Shown here: positions 55,531 to 62,776 of the stretch, one piece after another
Layout of the letters: each line of letters starts with the position of its first letter
Position numbering within the stretch: the stretch's first letter is position 1
Virus record (IMG/VR): IMGVR_UViG_3300042991_000483
Location: 7,299-71,298 of that record
DNA length: 64,000 nucleotides
From: a virus
Direction: 5' to 3' (one strand)
Position numbers and translations under genes: made by a program
The notes under the pieces: generated by a model
What the model saw: only the letters and a program-made list of their open reading frames with translations
What the model was told of the DNA's origin: nothing
Database searches by the model: none

Positions 55531-55590
55531 GGTTCGTTTCCTGTTGGGTTCACCAAAAGAATATACATAGGAACCCAACAGGAGATGAAC
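55531..55590 (+). promoter_or_regulatory. RBS-sequestering hairpin with promoter motif in its loop
   Basis: gttcgtttcctgttgggttc/gaacccaacaggagatgaac; loop contains AGAATATA; 3' arm contains SD AGGAG. Confidence 0.75.
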
Positions 55591-55591
55591 T

Positions 55592-56584
55592 ATGTCAGAC
55601 GTTTATAAATGCGAACAATGCGGAAAAACAGTCGAATCCTCTAAACGTTTTTGCGGAAGACCATGTTCTAACCGTTGGATAGCCACTCACAGAAAGACCC
55701 ATCCGAGAGAAGCTAAATTAGAATGCGCGTGTAAACACTGTGGAAGCATGTTCAAGAAAAAGCATAATCTCGGGTTTCGCCTCTGTACGAGGTGCAGAAA
55801 TAAACAAGACTACATCAGGGATAGAAATAAAACAGCGCAGCCAGGAAGAGAAAGGCTTTGTAAGTACTGTGAAAAACCCAACTTAGGAGAATACGGGGCT
55901 GGAATATTCTGCTCTCAACTCTGTTCGAAACGATACGCCAGTGCATACACGCAGACGCCGATTCTAGTCGTTTGTATGGACTGCGAAAAAGAGTTCTCTA
56001 CGTTTGAAAGAAACAAGTCCCAAACAAAGCGATGTCCGGCCTGTAGAAAAAGGGCTAGACGTAAACGACAAGGGCTACATGGGATATCAAAAAAGGAAAA
56101 GTGTTCGAAATGTCAGAAGAACATAGGTCCTACAAAGCACGGAATGTGCAAAGTATGCCTTTATAAGGACCCTGAATTTAGACTGAAAGTGAAAGCACTA
56201 TCTGCGGGCTGGCACTTTCGACCAAGGAAAATGAGGTCGTTTCCAGAACTTTTCTTTGAGCGGGTCATAAAGAATAACAGAAGACGGTTTAAGGGAGAGG
56301 GGTATTTACCGGATTACCCAGTGAAAAAGAAATCTCTGGGTCTCATCAATAATGGCTCCTATTTCCTTGATTTCTATTTCCCAAATTGGAAGTTAGACCT
56401 GGAAATAGATGGGAGCCAGCATTGGCAATATGAGGAGCGGATACAGAGCGATATTACGAGAGACATTGCTCTGAAAGCTAATGGTATAAAGGTATATAGG
56501 ATCCCGTGGCCGGGGGTAGAGAAGAAAGAGGTTTTGTCTATGGAGATCGAGAAATTTTTATCTTACGTGGATGAGCTTTCATGA
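55592..56584 (+). CDS. Zn-finger-repeat DUF559/Vsr-like homing endonuclease
   Basis: Multiple CxxC; SFPE, YFLDF, LEIDGSQH, RDIAL..GIKVYRI; AT-rich. Confidence 0.88.
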   Translation: MSDVYKCEQCGKTVESSKRFCGRPCSNRWIATHRKTHPREAKLECACKHCGSMFKKKHNLGFRLCTRCRNKQDYIRDRNKTAQPGRERLCKYCEKPNLGEYGAGIFCSQLCSKRYASAYTQTPILVVCMDCEKEFSTFERNKSQTKRCPACRKRARRKRQGLHGISKKEKCSKCQKNIGPTKHGMCKVCLYKDPEFRLKVKALSAGWHFRPRKMRSFPELFFERVIKNNRRRFKGEGYLPDYPVKKKSLGLINNGSYFLDFYFPNWKLDLEIDGSQHWQYEERIQSDITRDIALKANGIKVYRIPWPGVEKKEVLSMEIEKFLSYVDELS

Positions 56585-56677
56585 TTCTCTCCAGGTCCAC
56601 CATTGACAGCGCGAGGGCTTCGGCTCTCGCTTTCTGCTGCCAGACGAGAATATAGTGATATAACGAAGGAGAACGCC

Positions 56678-56935
56678 ATGCCCATGTACGAAGTCTTTCT
56701 CAGCGGAACCCTCTATCTCAACGCCCGCGTGGAAGTGGAAGCCAATAGCCCAGAAGAAGCTGAATCTGTTGCGATGCACAGAGCTGCATCAGATGACGAG
56801 TCTATCGAATGGATAAACTTGGACAGTAGCCTGGAAATGCCTCCTGGGGTATTTCCTTCGGATGCTGTCTACGTGGACGATGTCTCAGAGATGGACGAGG
56901 ACGATGGTATCGGCTCTGATTTCATCGAGACCTAA
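56678..56935 (+). CDS. Small acidic hypothetical protein
   Basis: SD AGGAG; VEVEANSPEEA motif. Confidence 0.7.
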   Translation: MPMYEVFLSGTLYLNARVEVEANSPEEAESVAMHRAASDDESIEWINLDSSLEMPPGVFPSDAVYVDDVSEMDEDDGIGSDFIET

Positions 56936-56936
56936 G

Positions 56937-57242
56937 ATGTCGCAATACGGATACAAACCCGAACCCAGTGAAGCCGGGGTGGTTTCCCGTATCGTCATAG
57001 AACCGAACTATTCCAGTAACGAAGAGTTTCCTGGAAAGCTATCGGTGATGATGTTGGACGCAGAGGACAGGCTAGTGGACGTCTGGAGTGCCAACGACAT
57101 CAATGAAGCCGCTGCGCTATTGATCCGATACGGTGGCGAAGCCGGATACGAAATCAACAAAGTCGAGTCTCCCCAGATCCCGAACGAAGGCGACGCCCCC
57201 GAGCCACCTTGGCCTGTAGGCGGAGACGTCGGCGGCGTCTAA
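56937..57242 (+). CDS. Hypothetical protein
   Basis: ATG immediately after the upstream stop. Confidence 0.6.
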   Translation: MSQYGYKPEPSEAGVVSRIVIEPNYSSNEEFPGKLSVMMLDAEDRLVDVWSANDINEAAALLIRYGGEAGYEINKVESPQIPNEGDAPEPPWPVGGDVGGV

Positions 57243-57264
57243 TCCCCCACTTCCTAACTCAATA

Positions 57265-57292
57265 AAAGAGCCTGCTATTTGCAGGCTTTTTT
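57265..57292 (+). terminator. Intrinsic terminator
   Basis: agcctgc-tattt-gcaggct followed by T-run. Confidence 0.75.
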
Positions 57293-57403
57293 GTTGCCCT
57301 GTTTAGATACTCACCGCCGGATGTAGAGTTAATGAACAGAAACTCCTTATTCTATAAAGAGAATATATGAGTAGTGACTCGCTAATATAAGAGGAGGTTC
57401 GCC

Positions 57404-57589
57404 ATGACCGCAGTCCTTGTGATACTCACCATCCTCGTTCTCGTTCTCGTTGCCGCAGACGCTACCAGACTCTCTCTTGTTCGTAGGAGAATGATAAAGG
57501 TAGGAGCCGTATTTGAACCTGGGCTTGGTTTCTGCATGGGCGACGGGCTTCGGAAAGATGACGCTGATCCGGAGAATATACAGGCTTAG
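57404..57589 (+). CDS. Small membrane-anchored protein
   Basis: Hydrophobic N-terminus; SD GGAGG. Confidence 0.6.
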   Translation: MTAVLVILTILVLVLVAADATRLSLVRRRMIKVGAVFEPGLGFCMGDGLRKDDADPENIQA

Positions 57590-57654
57590 CCGGGGAAGTT
57601 TTCAAAATTCTCCGCTATTATATTCAAGGTGTGATATACTCAACCCCTTGGAGG

Positions 57655-57759
57655 ATGAAGACGATGTTTAAGAGATCTAGGCAACCCAAACCAGTACAGA
57701 CAGGGACTACGGGACATATGCGCCCGTGCGTCGGCGTCAAGGGAGGTCAGACCTCGTAA
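57655..57759 (+). CDS. Leader peptide 2, MKTMFKRSRQPKPVQTGTTGHMRPCVGVKGGQTS
   Basis: TGATATACT -10 at 57632-57640; SD GGAGG is best spaced to the second Met (57664); overlaps the antiterminator arm. Confidence 0.8.
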   Translation: MKTMFKRSRQPKPVQTGTTGHMRPCVGVKGGQTS

Positions 57760-57822
57760 AATCATCGGCATTATTAGGTGAAACGAGGCGACCTCCAAGA
57801 AAATTGGGGGTCGTTTTAGTTT
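57742..57822 (+). promoter_or_regulatory. Attenuator 2 (antiterminator/terminator)
   Basis: ggaggtc..cctcgt pairs with acgagg.gacctcc and is exclusive with terminator gcgacctccaa-gaaa-ttgggggtcgt plus T-run. Confidence 0.8.
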
Positions 57823-57918
57823 TGGGGTCAGGGTAAGGTTTCGGATGTAGCTTATGCTGTCACCGGAGAAACCAGCACAGTGGCGAGGGCGGGGCCGACT
57901 GGGCGAAGTGGAGTTGAG

Positions 57919-58128
57919 ATGAGAGAAGAATGCTTGCATGGTAGGACGTACAGGGTGGTTGTAGGAGCGGAGGCTAGAAGGACTACGGTCACGGAATTTG
58001 GAGACGAGATTCAGTATTGCGTGGAACGGATCATTTTCAGGTGTTCAGATTGCAACAGAGAAGTATCAGAACTAGGTAGACGCAGGGCTTACTTCCCCAC
58101 GACTACTGAATTAGAAACGACGAAGTAA
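57919..58128 (+). CDS. Small Cys/His hypothetical protein, first gene after attenuator 2
   Basis: CLH..CSDC; SD GGAG. Confidence 0.55.
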   Translation: MREECLHGRTYRVVVGAEARRTTVTEFGDEIQYCVERIIFRCSDCNREVSELGRRRAYFPTTTELETTK

Positions 58129-58131
58129 GTC

Positions 58132-58143
58132 GCTCTTTGAAAA
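58132..58143 (+). promoter_or_regulatory. boxA-like antitermination element
   Basis: GCTCTTTGAAAA before tRNA array 2. Confidence 0.6.
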
Positions 58144-58246
58144 TCAGTCGGAAGAACGGACCGCAGAACCCCTCACGTTCTGCGTGGCATGATTCTGCGG
58201 TCTCGAACTTTAGATTTGGAACGCGCTCGTGCGCGTTCCCACCTCC

Positions 58247-58318
58247 GCGCCTTTAATGTAACGGTAGCATGCGGTCAGGCTTGATCCCCCGCAGAGCGGT
58301 TCGATTCCGCAAGGCGCT
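58247..58318 (+). ncRNA. tRNA-like RNA (Gly-type body) with aberrant 14-nt anticodon loop
   Basis: gcgcctt/aaggcgc-T, D-arm and gcgg-ttcgatt-ccgc. Confidence 0.65.
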
Positions 58319-58331
58319 TCTTATTACTTAT

Positions 58332-58429
58332 GGGGTCTGTTAGTGTAAAAGGATAGCACACTCCGTCCTACGCGGGTACCGGCGAGACGGGTCAAAGTAG
58401 ACGCGGTTCGATTCCGCACGGGCCCCCCA
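58332..58429 (+). ncRNA. tRNA-like RNA (His-type G-1:C73 end) with extended anticodon arm
   Basis: ggggtctgt/acgggcccc-CCA, D-arm, ccgtc/gacgg extension and gcgg-ttcgatt-ccgc. Confidence 0.7.
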
Positions 58430-58443
58430 ATTCTTATCTATGA

Positions 58444-58521
58444 CTGAGAGTGGACTAATGGCTAAGTCTCCTGCTTTGGAAGCAGGACATCGTGAGAGTT
58501 CGAGTCTCTCCTCTCAGACCA
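58444..58521 (+). tRNA. tRNA-Pro(TGG)
   Basis: ctgagag/ctctcag-A-CCA; cctgc-ttTGGaa-gcagg. Confidence 0.93.
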
Positions 58522-58529
58522 AAACATGA

Positions 58530-58604
58530 TGGCGTTTGGTGGACCAGCGGACACATCGGGCCTTGAACCCGAAGAACAGGGGCCGGCACCCTGAACGCCT
58601 GCCA
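58530..58604 (+). tRNA. tRNA-Gln(TTG)
   Basis: tcggg-ccTTGaa-cccga; G-CCA; T-loop GCCGGCA. Confidence 0.8.
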
Positions 58605-58615
58605 AAAACGATTAC

Positions 58616-58689
58616 TGGCGCTTCGTTCAATAGTAGGATTCTGCTCTCTGAAAGCAGAGACGATGGGGCGGTACCATCAGTGCCAGCCA
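58616..58689 (+). tRNA. tRNA-Gln(CTG)
   Basis: tggcgct/agtgcca-G-CCA; ctgct-ctCTGaa-agcag. Confidence 0.88.
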
Positions 58690-58711
58690 ATATCTCCGAG
58701 TATCTTAACGT

Positions 58712-58799
58712 CAGGGTGTAGTCCCGTAAATAGCAGCGGTCCGGCCTCGGACGCCGGTGGGGCAACCCCTTGGTGGTGCAAGTCCACTCGCCCTGACCA
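58712..58799 (+). tRNA. tRNA-Pro(CGG) with long variable arm
   Basis: cagggtg/cgccctg-A-CCA; ccggc-ctCGGac-gccgg; ggg-gcaa-ccc arm. Confidence 0.8.
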
Positions 58800-58816
58800 A
58801 TTCTTCTTTGTACAAT

Positions 58817-58860
58817 CCCCTCCATCGAGGAAACGTTGGTTCAACTCCAGCACCGGGCAC
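58817..58860 (+). pseudogene. 3'-half tRNA remnant
   Basis: T-arm gttgg-ttcaact-ccagc and accgggc-A with no matching 5' strand. Confidence 0.5.
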
Positions 58861-58917
58861 TTTCACTTTCCATCTGGAAACTATAATGTCCAAATGGACA
58901 CTCAAATGACCAAGTAA

Positions 58918-58993
58918 GCGGGAATGGTGTAAAGGAAGCATCGAACGTTGCCAACGTTCAGGTCCGGGTTCGCCTTGCCCGGTTTCCGCTCCA
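58918..58993 (+). tRNA. tRNA-Gly(GCC)
   Basis: gcgggaa/tttccgc-T-CCA; gaacg-ttGCCaa-cgttc; 9-nt T-loop. Confidence 0.88.
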
Positions 58994-59002
58994 AAAACAA
59001 AT

Positions 59003-59093
59003 AGTCGGCATTCCCTATGCTGGTCTGCAAAACCAGTGGGCCCAACCAAGTAGGGCGGATGCCTGTGAGGTTCGACTCCTCTGCTGACTTCCA
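59003..59093 (+). tRNA. tRNA-Cys(GCA), D-arm-less rewired type
   Basis: agtcggca/tgctgact-T-CCA (U73); ctggt-ctGCAaa-accag; cccta pairs with taggg in the variable arm. Confidence 0.8.
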
Positions 59094-59150
59094 ATTTCTT
59101 TCTATATCTCCAGAGACTGTGGTAGAATATACCTTTGTCATGGAGATAGC

Positions 59151-61052
59151 ATGAGAGAGAGTGCAGTCGGTACTTGCCAGATCTGCGAAAGACTCGTCAA
59201 GTCTAACCGCGGCACTATCGCCCACCACGGATACACCAGACCTGGGGCAGGGTGGCAAACAGAATCGTGCATGGGATCCATGTACAAACCCTACGAAGTC
59301 AGTAGGGACAGGATCCCGGACGCCATAGCCTCCGTGGAAGCCTACATCAAAACAGCAAAGGCTAGGTTGAAGCAGTTGAAGTCCGGGGGCGTGGTGCTCA
59401 GCAAGAGAGTTCAGAAAGAGTTTAATCGTCAGACTTGGAAATACGAATACGAAGATGTTGAAGTCAGACCTGGAGACGAAGACTACGACCAACTCCTTCA
59501 CTCTGCTGTCGCTAAGACTGAATCCAATATCTCTGGCTCTCAAACCACGCTCAACAGATTCAAGCAGAGGTACGAGGAATGGGAGCCAAAGGACTTGCGT
59601 AGGGTCGCGGAGCCCACTACAGCTGCTGAGAGGATACAGAAGCGGAAGGAAGAGGGACCACAAGAAGATTTCAAATTTGAAGTAGGGGATTGGGTCTACC
59701 GAGTCCTCGGTGGCAGGGTGCAGAAGGGCGTCAAGCTTGAGTTTTGGGGCGAAAGCAAAGCCGTCCCGAGCCGTATCAAATACCCCATGGGACAGATCCT
59801 TCGGAGAAACTTTAGACCTCGTGCGGCTGAGTATAAGCGTCACGAGTACGAGATCATCTTTTTCGAAGACTACCTGGGTTGGGTCAACGACGCCGACAAG
59901 GACTGGAAACGAGACAGCGAGAGGGTGACGACTTCGCAGGAGATGCTAGTGGCTTCTCCAGAACAAGTCCCTGAACTCGGTACAGGAGTCGAGTTCGCCA
60001 GTAAGCGAAATGCAGAGTTAGCACTACTGCCGAAGGAGGCAGTGAGAAAAAGTTCAGATGACGCCCCCTTCAAATTCGAAGTCGGAGATACCGTGTATAG
60101 ACTCGGGAACGACGGGATGCCTATAACCGACATAGGCACGGACAAATACCACGACGTCGGTGAACCACCTCTCCATATAACCTATCCCGTAGGTAAGATA
60201 AAGAAACGCATATACAAAGCGAAACTTGCCAAAGAAAATCTTCGAATCCGTTACATCGTGGAATGGGTCACGGACTGGTTCAAACCCGATACCCACGAAG
60301 GTCCTACCATGACTTATCGCTATGAGAGAGAAACCAGAAGCACGGAAGAGATGGAAACCAGCCTCGTCCCTGCAGCAAGTGCTGTGCCGCCAATACCAAA
60401 AGAAACAGCAACGAGAAAGAATGCTCTCTATTCGGAGACTACAGTGATAACCGAAGACAAAGCAGAACAGATTAAGATCGCCGGTAGAACGATGACCACT
60501 CGCGCTGGTGGCGGCGCCTCTAAACCAATTCGCTGGCTCATCAACAACTCCTGCATCCTCGGTCATGTCCTCTACCACGGCAGGGGCAAAGATATCGCCG
60601 GTGAGAGTATGCTAGCCTCTGACGTGGGTGTCTCTAGTGTGTCCGCTTACGATCCTAATATCAGCGGTATAGATGATGCCAGCACCCTCAATGGGGATTA
60701 TGATACTGTTGTCACCGTCTTCGTTCTCAATGTCCTCCCCCCAGATATCCGCGCCGAAGTCTTAGACGACCTCCGTACCGCAACAGGAGATGGCGTGTGC
60801 TTCGCCGCTGTCAGAGGCAAGGGAGAAAGAGGGTATCAAGACGCGACCAGAGAAGGCGCGAACTGGATCCCCGAGGAAGACGGCTACCGATACCAGGGAG
60901 CAAGGAACACTTTCCAGAAATGGTATGACCCCAGTGAACTCGTGTCAGAACTCAAGTCCGTATTCTCTCATGTCGAGATCGTGAACACTGATAGGGAAGC
61001 CCCTATCGCGATGGCCTGGAATCAGGGCAACCACTCCTGTCCGAATAAATAA
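59151..61052 (+). CDS. Multidomain protein with C-terminal SAM-methyltransferase-like domain
   Basis: GTCQIC..HHGY N-domain, duplicated FKFEVGDxVYR module, and VLYHGRGKD..YDP..YDTVVTVFVLNVL. Confidence 0.7.
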   Translation: MRESAVGTCQICERLVKSNRGTIAHHGYTRPGAGWQTESCMGSMYKPYEVSRDRIPDAIASVEAYIKTAKARLKQLKSGGVVLSKRVQKEFNRQTWKYEYEDVEVRPGDEDYDQLLHSAVAKTESNISGSQTTLNRFKQRYEEWEPKDLRRVAEPTTAAERIQKRKEEGPQEDFKFEVGDWVYRVLGGRVQKGVKLEFWGESKAVPSRIKYPMGQILRRNFRPRAAEYKRHEYEIIFFEDYLGWVNDADKDWKRDSERVTTSQEMLVASPEQVPELGTGVEFASKRNAELALLPKEAVRKSSDDAPFKFEVGDTVYRLGNDGMPITDIGTDKYHDVGEPPLHITYPVGKIKKRIYKAKLAKENLRIRYIVEWVTDWFKPDTHEGPTMTYRYERETRSTEEMETSLVPAASAVPPIPKETATRKNALYSETTVITEDKAEQIKIAGRTMTTRAGGGASKPIRWLINNSCILGHVLYHGRGKDIAGESMLASDVGVSSVSAYDPNISGIDDASTLNGDYDTVVTVFVLNVLPPDIRAEVLDDLRTATGDGVCFAAVRGKGERGYQDATREGANWIPEEDGYRYQGARNTFQKWYDPSELVSELKSVFSHVEIVNTDREAPIAMAWNQGNHSCPNK

Positions 61053-61062
61053 GGAGAAGACG

Positions 61063-61332
61063 ATGCGCAGATACCTTATCTTCGCCGGAAGCGAATTTTA
61101 TCCTAGTGGTGGGTGGGCAGACCTCGTAGATATGGCTGACGAACTAGGCAAAGTCTACTACATCATAGATGGTTGGCGAGAGTTTGACGACTGGGATGCA
61201 GAGGCTTTGCGAGATGATAGCCCAAGCTCCTACAAATACGATTGGGTACAGGTTGTGGACACACAGGCATCGACCCCCTTCAAGTTCGAGGGGACGGTAG
61301 AAGAAGTTCTTTACGGACTCAGACGCCCGTAA
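61063..61332 (+). CDS. Hypothetical phage protein
   Basis: RYLIFAG.FYPSGGWAD..DWVQVVD; SD AGGAG. Confidence 0.75.
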   Translation: MRRYLIFAGSEFYPSGGWADLVDMADELGKVYYIIDGWREFDDWDAEALRDDSPSSYKYDWVQVVDTQASTPFKFEGTVEEVLYGLRRP

Positions 61333-61396
61333 GATCCTCCCTTATCTTCCGGAGTTATGGTATACTGTCTCCGTGGAGATAGTAGCTTCCGCGATG

Positions 61397-61407
61397 GTTC
61401 TTTGAAA
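61397..61407 (+). promoter_or_regulatory. boxA-like element after TGGTATACT promoter
   Basis: GTTCTTTGAAA; promoter at 61343-61366. Confidence 0.6.
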
Positions 61408-61410
61408 CTG

Positions 61411-61694
61411 CTTTCGGTGGTAGGCTTAGAAGTAGCCAGTACGGCTCACACCCGTACCTGCCTTAATGAGCAGAAGCATAGCCTATAGTGAGTGGTGCGT
61501 GGGTTGGGGACTTATACGCGCACCGGCGGGGGAAAGTTGCCCCGAAATATCCTACCTGCCCGACCTGAATCCCAAGCGTGAGAAGGGAATCCTCCCTATG
61601 AAGTACCTTCTCATAACGTGATGGTTAAGGCTGAGGCTGACAACTTGCTTTAGGTGGAGGTCTAGCTTCTCTTGGTGTAACAACACGCCGAAAG
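61411..61694 (+). ncRNA. Structured RNA resembling the 23S rRNA L11-binding domain (H43/H44)
   Basis: GGCTTAGAAGTAGCCA and GGTGTAACAACAC framed by a ctttcggtg/cgccgaaag stem. Confidence 0.7.
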
Positions 61695-61702
61695 AACATA
61701 TG

Positions 61703-61808
61703 ACGGGTTTGGTGTAACGTTAGCACTCTCTGGGGAGGACGGGTTCTCGCCTTCGGGCTACGACCAAATTCTTCGGGGAAGAGCGGTTAGACTCCGCAAC
61801 TCGTACCA
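61703..61808 (+). ncRNA. tRNA-like RNA with long branched anticodon arm
   Basis: acgggtt/aactcgt-A-CCA, D-arm and gcgg-ttagact-ccgc; no 7-nt anticodon loop. Confidence 0.7.
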
Positions 61809-61836
61809 AAATAATCTAATATGATGGAGGAGTCCG

Positions 61837-62313
61837 ATGAAGAAAGTGGACAAGCACATCGTCACCGCCGCTCACAAAGCCTACCACAATCGCAGTAAGA
61901 CCTGGAGACGTTCTCGTCTCAAGTACCGTTCGGAATACTTTGACTACTCCTGTAGGCATCACGGCTCTTGTCCTTACTGCCACCTCAGGCGCCTGCATAA
62001 CACCATCCGCAGAGAACTCAATGCCAGAGAAGAGATGGCAGAGTTCATCAAAGACCCAAATGGCTGGGACGCTCGGACTGAGGCAGAGTTGTGGGGCATG
62101 GACGAAGACGATCCTACAACGCCTCAGGAATATCTCGACCCCGCTTTTCTTGCCGCCTGGGAGACGTACCAAGATCGAATGGGCGGGGAGATGACGGATG
62201 AACAAGACCAGTGGGAGATTGATAACCACTTCGACGGAGACCGAGAGGCTTGGGAAAAAGCCGAAGTCGAAAGCTATTTAGAAGCTACAGAATCTATAGG
62301 ACGAGATGACTGA
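61837..62313 (+). CDS. Hypothetical protein (basic N-terminus with C-H-C-C motif, acidic C-terminus)
   Basis: FDYSCRHHGSCPYC; SD GGAGGAG. Confidence 0.7.
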   Translation: MKKVDKHIVTAAHKAYHNRSKTWRRSRLKYRSEYFDYSCRHHGSCPYCHLRRLHNTIRRELNAREEMAEFIKDPNGWDARTEAELWGMDEDDPTTPQEYLDPAFLAAWETYQDRMGGEMTDEQDQWEIDNHFDGDREAWEKAEVESYLEATESIGRDD

Positions 62314-62351
62314 TGGGTGCATGCACCTAGCATCAGCCTCGTCCCACTCAT

Positions 62352-62426
62352 GGCGTAGTTAGTCCAATGGTAGGACGCAGGACTGTGAATCCTGTTATAA
62401 GAGTTCGATTCTCTTACTTCGCCCCA
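62352..62426 (+). tRNA. tRNA-His(GTG)
   Basis: G-1 and C73; cagga-ctGTGaa-tcctg; CCA. Confidence 0.92.
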
Positions 62427-62458
62427 ATCCAAATAAAAGCGAGGATCTCGCTGAAGAT

Positions 62459-62533
62459 GTGTCGTTGGCAGAGCGACCATGCGCTGGGATGTGACCCCAG
62501 ATCAGGCCGGTTTAACTCCGGCACGACACCCCA
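62459..62533 (+). tRNA. tRNA-His(GTG), second copy without encoded G-1
   Basis: gtgtcgt/acgacac-C-CCA; ctggg-atGTGac-cccag. Confidence 0.82.
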
Positions 62534-62620
62534 ATATGAGACAGCTTGCCCCAGGCTAAGGCAGAAGATGAAGCGGAGCGAGGATGCCGAGTCTCCGATT
62601 AAACTGCCACTCTCTTTACT

Positions 62621-62694
62621 GCGGATATGGTGTAAAATCAGCATCTTGCATTCCCAATGCAAGGGACTCGGAGAGTTACCGAGTATCCGCTCCA
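62621..62694 (+). tRNA. tRNA-Gly(CCC)
   Basis: gcggata/tatccgc-T-CCA; ttgca-ttCCCaa-tgcaa. Confidence 0.88.
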
Positions 62695-62696
62695 AT

Positions 62697-62776
62697 GCTC
62701 CTGTATCGGACAGGTTTCCTAAACCTGACCACCGTAACGGATGAAAATGCGGGTTCAAGTCCCGCCGGGAGCCCCA
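62697..62776 (+). tRNA. tRNA-Arg(CCT), D-arm-less type
   Basis: gctcctg/cgggagc-C-CCA; caggt-ttCCTaa-acctg; 7-nt D region and 21-nt variable region. Confidence 0.75.

Noticed and set aside
56575-56602. tmRNA 3' end
   Set aside because: No matching 5' domain or tag reading frame; treated as a tRNA-Ala-like remnant
61411-61694. True 23S rRNA gene fragment
   Set aside because: Similarity is limited to two short motifs; flanks and insert are not rRNA
62538-62610. Hammerhead or pistol ribozyme between tRNAs
   Set aside because: Short stems exist but the CUGAnGA/GAAA or pistol core cannot be assembled
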